Shown here piece by piece: positions 26,946-35,396 of a DNA stretch of 52,624 nt. Origin of the DNA: Candidatus Bathyarchaeia archaeon (GTDB taxonomy: Archaea; Thermoproteota; Bathyarchaeia; Bathyarchaeales; Bathycorpusculaceae); contig JBBFKZ010000012.1 of assembly GCA_037481775.1 (NCBI GenBank), positions 1 to 52,624 of the forward strand, given 5' to 3'. Position numbers and translations under genes: made by a program. The notes beneath the pieces were generated by a model. The model did no database searches. It saw only the letters and a program-made list of their open reading frames with translations, and was not told the DNA's origin. Position 1 is the first letter of the stretch. Every line of letters begins with the position of its first letter.

Positions 26946-27350
26946 GTGATGTTTGTTCACACGAGCATTCGAACCAGCAACATGGAAAGATCCATAGATT
27001 TCTACACGCGCTTTTTTGGGCTTAAACTTGTAAGCCGCCGAGAAATCCCGCAGAACAATGCCGAAATCGCTTTTCTCAGAGATCCAGAAGGCAAGGGCGC
27101 GACGCTTGAATTAACCTGCTACCGCAATCAAAAGAAGTTTATCCAGCCTGAGTATGAGAACCGCGTGTTTGACCACTTAGCCTTTGAAGTTAAAGACATG
27201 CAACAGACGATTGATGCTATGCGAAAAGCGAAAGTCACCATAACAGATGAACCGTTCAGGCTCGCCGCCACAGGTTCGCTAATCGCGTTTGTGGAAGACC
27301 CGGATGGAACATTGATTGAACTGATCGAAAAGCCATCAGCTAAAAAGTAA
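26946..27350 (+). CDS. VOC/glyoxalase I family protein (lactoylglutathione lyase-like)
   Basis: HTSIR...SIDFY...GLK, LELT, DHLAF, FVEDPDGTLIELIE. Confidence 0.88.
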   Translation: MMFVHTSIRTSNMERSIDFYTRFFGLKLVSRREIPQNNAEIAFLRDPEGKGATLELTCYRNQKKFIQPEYENRVFDHLAFEVKDMQQTIDAMRKAKVTITDEPFRLAATGSLIAFVEDPDGTLIELIEKPSAKK

Positions 27351-27564
27351 AAATGCGGATATTCGCTCTTTCTTTTAATATTTCTGCTATTGTGGTGCAC
27401 AAAATATTTATGAACTATATATAAAGTTTGGATGGCTAAATATAGTACTATTTGGGTTCGAGGGAGCAAAGAACCCAGGGCATTGCAGCACAGCATCGTC
27501 AGGTTAATCATACAAAATTGGAGGAGAAACACTGTATCGCCGCAAAATCGTTAATATTCTAAAC

Positions 27565-29211
27565 GTGATGTCATCTAAGAGAACAGTAAAATATGCTATG
27601 TATCTTGCCGCAGTAGTAGTTTTCTTCGCGTTAATCTTATTGCCGCCTATAATTGGAATTTTCATAAAATGGAATACCGTTCAAGATGTTATTGAACGAC
27701 CAGCACTTGTGAATCGAGCATTGACTGCTGTGGCGAATTCTTTTGTGGTTGCGTTGCTTGTTTCAGCTTTAGATGTATTAGCCGGCGTTCCAATGGCGTG
27801 GCTTATTACGCGCGGCAAGTCAAAATGGCTTAATGTCCTCGACACTTTTGTTGATATACCGTTTATTGTGCCGACCGCCGCGCTTGGCTATTCATTACTG
27901 CTTTTCTGGAGTGGTCCCGAAGGCTTATCTGCACTTTTTGCTGGTTCATTAATTTCCACAGGCTGGTTACTTGTCGTGCTACTTCACTTCACGTTTTCTT
28001 ACCCTATTGTAGTCCGCGTTTTGGTTGGCGCATTACTCGACTATAAAAGGGAGTATGAGCAGGCATCCAGAACGCTTGGCGCGCCCCCGTTCATAGCAGC
28101 GCGAACCGTGACTTTTCCGATTCTCAAACCTGCATTAATAGCCGCGTTTATTCTCTCATTTGCAAGATCACTCTCAGAAACCGGAGCAACATTTATTGTT
28201 GCAGGAGCATTCGAGAATGGTCCAGTTTTTATCCAAAATATGAAAAACGAATTTTCCGGCATTTCTCAAACCACTTATGAAGGCGCCACGGTATTTGCAA
28301 GTCTAATACTAATAGTTACGTCTCTTTCGATTTTTGCTTTAATACGCATTTTAGGTTCAAGGTTGCGATTGCCATTTAATCGAGTTTGGCCTAATATTGA
28401 AAGAAAACTAAGCTATTCAAAAGCTACATGTTCCAGGAACATTGTTACGTTAATGGCTTTCTTGGCGATAGTGCTGCTTCCATCTCTTTTTGTTGCTTTA
28501 CCCGCTTTCCAAGCAGTATTCACAAGTACTTTCTCTGATGCGATTTCAGGTTCAGGCTTATGGGGGGAATATTGGTTAAGTTTGCTTATTTCATACCTCT
28601 TAGGCGCAATTGTTACGCTAATTGGCTTAATCGTCGGACTGCCCATGGCAATATTGATCGCTAGAAGGAAATTTGGCAATGCAGTCTCAACAGTGCTTGA
28701 TATTCTCATTAACGTGCCATTGATAGTTCCCTCTATCGCCTTAGGTGTTTCTCTCAAATTCTTCTGGCAAAGCTTCGCTTTCATGCCAGAATTTATACTG
28801 CTGATCTTTGCTCACCTTGCGATTACATATCCATATATTGTGCGGTCGATATCCGCAGCATTTGAACGGATAAGCGTAGACATAGAAGACGCCGCAAAAA
28901 CGCTTGGCGCTAAACCCTTCGACGTGTTTAGAACGATAATGTTGCCGTTAACGAAGTATTCAATTCTTTCTGGAGCTATAATGGTTTTCACCCGAAGCGT
29001 AAGCGAAACAGGGGCAACTTTAGCTGTAGTGACAAACTTGCAGACAGCACCTGTAGTTATAGTTAACTGGGTAAGGGCACTGCAGAATTCGGCCTTAAAC
29101 ACAAATATTACGCCGTCGGTCGTCGGGTTGGGATGCGGCCTTCTGATAGTCTTTTCCTTTATAATTCTGTTGGTGCTAAGATTGGTTACCCGTGGGAAAG
29201 GGAGATATTAG
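27565..29211 (+). CDS. Fused two-domain ABC importer permease (Fe3+/thiamine/oxyanion type)
   Basis: Two EAA loops (YEQASRTLGA, IEDAAKTLGA) and two RS(L/V)SETGAT motifs. Confidence 0.88.
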   Translation: MMSSKRTVKYAMYLAAVVVFFALILLPPIIGIFIKWNTVQDVIERPALVNRALTAVANSFVVALLVSALDVLAGVPMAWLITRGKSKWLNVLDTFVDIPFIVPTAALGYSLLLFWSGPEGLSALFAGSLISTGWLLVVLLHFTFSYPIVVRVLVGALLDYKREYEQASRTLGAPPFIAARTVTFPILKPALIAAFILSFARSLSETGATFIVAGAFENGPVFIQNMKNEFSGISQTTYEGATVFASLILIVTSLSIFALIRILGSRLRLPFNRVWPNIERKLSYSKATCSRNIVTLMAFLAIVLLPSLFVALPAFQAVFTSTFSDAISGSGLWGEYWLSLLISYLLGAIVTLIGLIVGLPMAILIARRKFGNAVSTVLDILINVPLIVPSIALGVSLKFFWQSFAFMPEFILLIFAHLAITYPYIVRSISAAFERISVDIEDAAKTLGAKPFDVFRTIMLPLTKYSILSGAIMVFTRSVSETGATLAVVTNLQTAPVVIVNWVRALQNSALNTNITPSVVGLGCGLLIVFSFIILLVLRLVTRGKGRY

Positions 29212-29267
29212 CATGGAAAATTATAACTTGCATCATCAGCACTATAAACTTGGGGAGACACGCAGAG

Positions 29268-30365
29268 ATGCCTGAAGTTCGTGTGGTAAACCTAACAAAG
29301 AAATTTGGAAATATAGTAGCGTTGGATAACGTTAACCTCGTAATCCGCGACAAAGAATATTTCTCATTGCTGGGTCCAAGCGGATGCGGAAAAACCACCT
29401 TGCTACGGCTGATAGCTGGGTTAATTGAACCTGATAGTGGCGAGATTTACATTGGTGGTAAACGGGTGGATAATGTTCCACCGGAAGATAGAGAAATCGG
29501 ATTCGTTTTTCAAACCTTTGCGCTGTTTCCCCATATGACCGTTTGGGAAAACGTGAATTATGGCCCCCGCGTGAAGAACTTCGACTTGAAAGCGGCTGGA
29601 ACAATAGGTCATGAAGTGCTCGAACTAGTTAAGCTTCATGAGCGCTTAAACGCCTATCCTGGTGAATTAAGCGGTGGCATGATGCAGCGAATAGCAGTTG
29701 CACGTGCACTGGCAGCTGGAGCGAAGACGTTGCTTTTGGATGAACCGCTTGGGCAGTTGGATGCTAAAGTTAGAAACGAGATAAGATACGAAATGAGAAG
29801 AATGGCAAAGGATCTGAATCTAACTGCCATTCATGTTACTCATGATCAGGCAGAAGCTATGTCGATCTCGGATAGAATTGCTGTTATGAAGAAGGGAAAA
29901 GTCGTGCAAGTTGGAACGCCGCAGGAGCTTTACATGAAGCCGAACAGCCTTTTTGTTGCGTATTTTATTGGAGAATCAAACTTTTTGGAGGGGACAGTCG
30001 TAGAAGTTGCCGATGGTGAATTAACAATAGAGCTACGTGGCGGATTTAACGTAAAGGCTTTTGGCGAGGGGTTAAATAAAGGCGAAAGGGCAGTTGTTGT
30101 GGTAAGACCAGAAGTTTTTACGGTTGAACCGAAGAAACAGGGCAAAAATATGCTTAAGGGCGTGGTGGAAAAAATCTCGTTTGAAGGTACATTTGTTAGG
30201 TACGAGATTAAGCTGCAAAGCGAGGATTCCGTGGTTGTTATTAGGCCTTCGTTAACTGAGAAATGGTTTGATGTTGGGACAAGCATCACATTAAGCTTTG
30301 AGTCAGAGAAAGCACATGTATTTCCATATCCAGAAACGTCGTTGGCAGAGGAACTGTCTGTTTGA
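29268..30365 (+). CDS. ABC importer ATP-binding protein (PotA/FbpC type, TOBE domain)
   Basis: GPSGCGKTT, VFQTFALFPHMTV, LSGGMMQR, LLLDEP, VTHDQAEA. ATG 29268 preferred over the track start 29133. Confidence 0.92.
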   Translation: MPEVRVVNLTKKFGNIVALDNVNLVIRDKEYFSLLGPSGCGKTTLLRLIAGLIEPDSGEIYIGGKRVDNVPPEDREIGFVFQTFALFPHMTVWENVNYGPRVKNFDLKAAGTIGHEVLELVKLHERLNAYPGELSGGMMQRIAVARALAAGAKTLLLDEPLGQLDAKVRNEIRYEMRRMAKDLNLTAIHVTHDQAEAMSISDRIAVMKKGKVVQVGTPQELYMKPNSLFVAYFIGESNFLEGTVVEVADGELTIELRGGFNVKAFGEGLNKGERAVVVVRPEVFTVEPKKQGKNMLKGVVEKISFEGTFVRYEIKLQSEDSVVVIRPSLTEKWFDVGTSITLSFESEKAHVFPYPETSLAEELSV

Positions 30366-30367
30366 TG

Positions 30368-31003
30368 TCATTTCTTTCGGTGCATTGCACGAATAGCAAG
30401 CGCGGTCCCTATCAAAATTGCTACCAGAATTAAGAATATATAGAAAACTGTTGGATCCACGCCGAAAATTTGAGGCTGCCACATGTTTGTCTTTTCGACT
30501 ACTGAGTGAATAGTATATTCTGGGAACTCGGAGATGCCTTCGACTAGAACGCCTGTTGCTTTATCCCAATAATACGTGCTTTGCGCTGCGGTTGCGGATA
30601 TAACTGTGCGTGTAGCGTCTGCATAAGTTCTTTCTTCGATTTTGCTGATGGTTACGTTTCCATGATATTTATCAAAGAAAGAATCTCCGACGCCCAAGTT
30701 TGCTGGAATTATGAATTCGTCTCCAAGTTGACCCGTTGCGAGATTCAGCGTTATTGTTTCGCTCAACAACGTGCCATTTGCAAATTTTGTTGTAACGTTT
30801 AGGTTGATTACTGTTCCTTGGACGTCGGCGACTTCGGTTCTTGCCCAAGTTACTTCATGCCCCGCGGGTGGTGTACCCGTGAAAACTGCTTGATATTCTA
30901 TCCAGTCACCTTTTTTCACGCCTACCGACATTTCGGCAGCTGCTGTACTCATAATAAGCAAGAATATGAGCAGGGCGGTGATCAAAACCAGTTTTTTGTT
31001 CAT
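30368..31003 (-). CDS. Secreted, C-terminally anchored protein (paralog family of 11901-12569)
   Basis: Signal peptide, GVKKGDWIEY, FIIPANLGVGD, YYWDKATGVLVE, C-terminal TM and basic tail. Confidence 0.75.
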   Translation of the reverse strand: MNKKLVLITALLIFLLIMSTAAAEMSVGVKKGDWIEYQAVFTGTPPAGHEVTWARTEVADVQGTVINLNVTTKFANGTLLSETITLNLATGQLGDEFIIPANLGVGDSFFDKYHGNVTISKIEERTYADATRTVISATAAQSTYYWDKATGVLVEGISEFPEYTIHSVVEKTNMWQPQIFGVDPTVFYIFLILVAILIGTALAIRAMHRKK

Positions 31004-31115
31004 TAATTATGAGTAAGTAACTTTTTAATTTTTAAAATTTGCTAAAGGGCTACTATAGGTTTCTGGATATAGGTAAACGTGTCACAGTCTGTTTTAGTGG
31101 ATTGTTGTATGGTTT

Positions 31116-31532
31116 TTAGAAGAAACCATATTTCTTCTTTTCATATTCTGTTTCGAAGTTTTCGTCTATTTCTTCTTCGTCGCCAAATGCGTTTACAGTG
31201 ATGGCTTCTTCATCTTTTTCTTCTGTAATGCTTGTTTCTATCATGTTTTCTTGGTTTTCGCTGTCTTCGTCCATGGGTAGGATGTCTTTTGAGGTGTCTG
31301 TTGTTGAGAGTTTTTCCAGTTGTGTTTCCAACAAACTGATTTTATGTTGTAGTTGGTTTATGGCTTCTTTTTTTGCAGCATTTTTTTTCTTTAGTTCTTG
31401 GATTGCTACTTTCTCGCTGAGTAATTTCCAGCGTGTTTCTAGTTGTTTTAATTCTTCGTCTAGGTCTCGTGCTTCTTCTTCTAGGCGTGCTTTTTCATTT
31501 TGCAGTTGTTCTATTTCAATGGTTGCGCTCAT
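31116..31532 (-). CDS. Coiled-coil protein with acidic tail
   Basis: About 75-aa heptad region followed by an Asp/Glu-rich tail ending KKKYGFF. Divergent from cheY. Confidence 0.65.
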   Translation of the reverse strand: MSATIEIEQLQNEKARLEEEARDLDEELKQLETRWKLLSEKVAIQELKKKNAAKKEAINQLQHKISLLETQLEKLSTTDTSKDILPMDEDSENQENMIETSITEEKDEEAITVNAFGDEEEIDENFETEYEKKKYGFF

Positions 31533-31943
31533 TTTAGGTCACTGTTAAACAGGATGGCAAGTCTTGTTTCTTACGATATTATTTAGAGGTTAGTTCAGAT
31601 ATGGAAATATTACCAAACTCGAAATATTACAGTCCTAAAATGTTCAAATAACTTTTATGAAAAGAAAATACGTATTTTGTGTTCGATAGGCGTGAACTAT
31701 TTCTTCACATTATTTTTGAACCATTTTTGTTTTGAGCAGCATTGCAATTTTTCTTTGGGTATGGTAAACAGTTTCAGAGACTGCCTCAACATGTTTCTCG
31801 CTCGCTGCGGTTCTTTTCTGCGTTGTTTTTGTGTGGTGAGCTTTTTAGGATTTGCCAGTTATGGACAATAGTGTATCTTAATACATAATATTTTTATATT
31901 CTGAGTCGGAATTTAAAAAGAGTGCACGCGAGGCAAGATCAAC

Positions 31944-32312
31944 ATGGGAACCGTCCTCGTAGTAGATGATGCAAAATTCATGAGAGCAGTACTCTCAAAA
32001 ATCATCATAGAATCTGGACACAAAGTAATAGCCGAAGCAGCAAACGGCGACGAAGCCATACAAAAATTCCAACAAACAAAACCCGACTTAGTTCTTATGG
32101 ACATAGTCATGCCGCCAGGAACAAAAGCAAAAGACGGTATCGAAGCACTCAAACAGATAGTAACGGCAGATCCATCAGCAAAAATTGTGATGGTTAGTTC
32201 CTATGGTCAACAAGCGCTAATAACTGAAGCACTCAAAGCTGGCGCCAAAGATTTCATTGTAAAACCATTCCAACCCGAGAAAGTAATGGAAGCACTCGTT
32301 AAGTACTGCTGA
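31944..32312 (+). CDS. cheY: Chemotaxis response regulator CheY
   Basis: VLVVDDAKFMR, LVLMDIVMP (phospho-Asp), VMVSS, FIVKPF. Confidence 0.9.
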   Translation: MGTVLVVDDAKFMRAVLSKIIIESGHKVIAEAANGDEAIQKFQQTKPDLVLMDIVMPPGTKAKDGIEALKQIVTADPSAKIVMVSSYGQQALITEALKAGAKDFIVKPFQPEKVMEALVKYC

Positions 32313-32322
32313 GGACAACAAC

Positions 32323-32952
32323 TTGACAAACAATATGGCAGATCTACCAGAATTAAAAGTAGAAGCAACGGTACCGCTAAGCAGCATCAAAGAACTACAG
32401 CAGTTATCCGAGCAGCCAATCTCACACACACAGCCTGCAATACAACTCTTTGCAGGTCTCCAAACACATCTGCCACTACAGGAAGTGCGTGTGGCAATGG
32501 CTGAGATAAAGGTGGAAAAAAGGCCGATTAAATTAGTTACCAATGTTGGATCATGCGTAGCGCTTTGTCTGTATGATCCAATACACAGATGCGGCGGATT
32601 AGCCCATATCATGCTTCCAACCGCCATGCGGAAGTTGCAGGATTACGTTCCAGGCAAATTCGCAGACACCGCAGTACCCGCTTTAGCAGAGGCGGTGCGA
32701 CGACTCAGCGGTAAAGAAGCGTTCCTTTCTGCCAAAATAGCAGGTGGCGCGTGCATTCTCCCACACTTAAGTAATAACAATCAGCATATGGGAGAGAAGA
32801 ATGTTGACGCTGTCAAGGCGGCATTAAAAGCTCACAGAATTAAAATAGTTGCAGAGGATATCGGCGGCTCATATGGACGCAGAGTCGAATTCAACATTGG
32901 AAATGGTGCTGTAACTATTTGCCTTCCAAATGGGGAGTTAAGAGAGATATGA
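32323..32952 (+). CDS. cheD: Chemoreceptor glutamine deamidase CheD
   Basis: VGSCVALCLYD...GGLAHIMLP (catalytic Cys/His), KFADTAV, AKIAGGA, GEKNV, EDIGGSYGR. Start uncertain (N-terminal extension). Confidence 0.9.
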   Translation: MTNNMADLPELKVEATVPLSSIKELQQLSEQPISHTQPAIQLFAGLQTHLPLQEVRVAMAEIKVEKRPIKLVTNVGSCVALCLYDPIHRCGGLAHIMLPTAMRKLQDYVPGKFADTAVPALAEAVRRLSGKEAFLSAKIAGGACILPHLSNNNQHMGEKNVDAVKAALKAHRIKIVAEDIGGSYGRRVEFNIGNGAVTICLPNGELREI

Positions 32953-33674
32953 AAGGAAAAAATGAACCAAGTAAACTGCTGCTGGAAAAGAAAGAATTAA
33001 AGATATTTGTTGAAATCAGTAACATTGGCGCAAAATATGCGGCAAAGCCATTGTCAAAAATTCTAAAACAATCGGTGACTATAAATGTGCCTCGCGTCGG
33101 CATGATACCACCAAGCATGTTGCCAAGGTTCTATCATGGTCAAAACGCACCTACCACTGCAGTTTGCATGCACCTTACAGAAGTCAGGGAATGCCATTTT
33201 CTGTTTATATTCGAAATGTATGAATCGAAAGAGATTACTACGCTTATGACAAAAATCCTCGCGCATGCAGAACAAGCGTCCATTAAGGTATCTGTACTCG
33301 AAGAATTTGGCAACATTCTGCTTGGATCACTCCTCACAGCAATTTCAGATTTAACAGCGGTAAATATAATATCAGCCTCCCTGGTTTTGATAGATGCTCT
33401 TCTTGATGCCATAATCAGCGATTTCGTTAGAAAATTATCAGTTTCAACGGGTGGAGCATTGGTTATTGATACTTGCTCGAGGCGTAGAGGCGGTTATTAT
33501 GCTGCCGTACAACTCATAATTTTTCTAAACCTTGAATTACAAGAATTATTGATAAGTAAATCTATATTTCTTCCTAAGAAAGCTCGAAAGGGTGATGTTG
33601 AATTGACCAGCCTCGGAAATCTGTCAATTGAAACTGAAGATTCCGTTAAAGCTGCATTAAACACTAAAGAGTAA
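32949..33674 (+). CDS. cheC: CheC-family phosphatase (divergent copy)
   Basis: EISNIG and EEFGNI (E-x2-N motifs). ATG 32949 overlaps the cheD stop (ATGA). Confidence 0.75.
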   Translation: MKGKNEPSKLLLEKKELKIFVEISNIGAKYAAKPLSKILKQSVTINVPRVGMIPPSMLPRFYHGQNAPTTAVCMHLTEVRECHFLFIFEMYESKEITTLMTKILAHAEQASIKVSVLEEFGNILLGSLLTAISDLTAVNIISASLVLIDALLDAIISDFVRKLSVSTGGALVIDTCSRRRGGYYAAVQLIIFLNLELQELLISKSIFLPKKARKGDVELTSLGNLSIETEDSVKAALNTKE

Positions 33675-33680
33675 CGGTGA

Positions 33681-34430
33681 ATGGGTATGAGTGAACTAGA
33701 CAAAGCTTCAAAAACAGCGAATTTCGGTGAAATACTAACCGATCAGGATATACTCCTTGAGATTGGTAATATTGGCGCGGGGCATGCTACTACTGCGCTC
33801 TCACATATTTTACAGGAACCAATTGCAATTGAGTTGCCGAAAGTTCACATGATCGTACCGCATCTTGTTCCAGATATTTATGGAAAGCATGACATCATTG
33901 TTTCCGCTATTTTTATGCAGCTAAGAGGCGCTACTAACTGCGATGTCATGTTAATTTTCGAAGAAAAAGAATGCGCGAAAATGGTGGAGTTTATGACCAA
34001 CGGTATAGAGGTTACCCCGGAAATTCAAAGATCCGCTATAGAAGAGATGGGTTCTATAGTATTAACATCTTTCCTTAGTGCCATGGCTAACTTCACATCA
34101 ACCAAGCTTATTATGGCACCACCGCAATTAATTGTAGATTCATTTGATGCGATTATCGACGGTCTTCTAATTAAACAAGCATTATGCTCGGATGTCGCGG
34201 TGATTTTTGATGTACGCTTCAAGAGGTATAACACATCTACAGAAGGATATCTCATAACTTTTCTCAGTGATGAGCTGCAAAGTATACTAATCCAAAAAGG
34301 GAAAAAATGGTTAGCTGGGGGAGATAAAGCAACTCAAGAACAAGATATCTCGGTAAATGGTGCAATTTTGGAAACTGAGCTGCAGGGATGTGACTTGCAG
34401 GAGGGAAAAATGCAGGATGGCTTCGGTTGA
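33681..34430 (+). CDS. cheC: CheC-family phosphatase
   Basis: LLEIGNIGAGHATTALS. The second motif reads SAIEEMGSI. Confidence 0.85.
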   Translation: MGMSELDKASKTANFGEILTDQDILLEIGNIGAGHATTALSHILQEPIAIELPKVHMIVPHLVPDIYGKHDIIVSAIFMQLRGATNCDVMLIFEEKECAKMVEFMTNGIEVTPEIQRSAIEEMGSIVLTSFLSAMANFTSTKLIMAPPQLIVDSFDAIIDGLLIKQALCSDVAVIFDVRFKRYNTSTEGYLITFLSDELQSILIQKGKKWLAGGDKATQEQDISVNGAILETELQGCDLQEGKMQDGFG

Positions 34431-35337
34431 AGCTAGAAATTTTCTTGAAGAGATTGCCTACCAAAAATTGAAAAACTTGTTACATGAGACTATTGGGCTT
34501 AATTTTAGTTGTTACCGTGATGAATACCTCAGAAGGCGCTTGTCAATTCGGTTAAGGGCAACTGGTACATTTACTTTCAGCAAATACTTGAATTATTTAA
34601 AGAAAAACCCCCAGGAATTCAATAATATTCTTAATGATTTAACAATCAATTTTACCACGTTTTTCAGAGACAGAGATGTATATGACTATCTGGAAAAGAA
34701 CCTTCTGCCACTGCTTTTCAAGTCTAAAGAAGTTACTATTTGGAGCGCTGGATGCGCAACAGGTGAAGAACCATACTCACTTGCAATTTTAGTTCACAAA
34801 GTGATAGGTACTCAATTGTCAAATTATAACGTCACAATTTATGCTTCAGACATCGACGAGGACGCGTTAGCCAAAGCTCAAAAAGGTGTGTATAACAAAA
34901 AGCAGTTATACGAAGTGGAAGATTCAATAATTAACAAATATTTTTCGTATAATTGTGGAACTTATCAGATTAAGGATTTCATTAAGCAATTAGTTCATTT
35001 TGAAAAGCATGATTTGATGAAGCCTCCTTTGCATAATGAATTGGATTTGATACTATGCAGAAATGTCATGATATTCTTCGCGAGGGAGAGTCAACAGCAA
35101 GTTCACATGCAATTTTATGATGCACTGCGAGAAGGAGGATATCTTGTAATTGGAAAATCTGAAATGCTGAGTAGCGACACAAGTGCAAAGTTTGTATGTG
35201 TTGATATTAATTGTCGTGTTTACAAAAAGGTGTTATCAAGCGTTGGTTGTAAGGTGAACTACCTTTTAGGTGTAGTAAAAAACGACACAATTAGTCTAAA
35301 TAATTCAATAGGAGGACAAAGGATAGTTGCACAATGA
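34417..35337 (+). CDS. cheR: Chemotaxis methyltransferase CheR
   Basis: LTINFTTFFRD, IWSAGCATGEEPYSLA, ASDID, DLILCRNVMIFF, GGYLVIGKSE. ATG 34417 preferred. Confidence 0.92.
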   Translation: MASVEARNFLEEIAYQKLKNLLHETIGLNFSCYRDEYLRRRLSIRLRATGTFTFSKYLNYLKKNPQEFNNILNDLTINFTTFFRDRDVYDYLEKNLLPLLFKSKEVTIWSAGCATGEEPYSLAILVHKVIGTQLSNYNVTIYASDIDEDALAKAQKGVYNKKQLYEVEDSIINKYFSYNCGTYQIKDFIKQLVHFEKHDLMKPPLHNELDLILCRNVMIFFARESQQQVHMQFYDALREGGYLVIGKSEMLSSDTSAKFVCVDINCRVYKKVLSSVGCKVNYLLGVVKNDTISLNNSIGGQRIVAQ

Positions 35338-35396
35338 TAGAATTGAACAGAACATGAGAATAGCGTTGCCTCTAAGAAAGCAAGGAGGGAGGTCTC

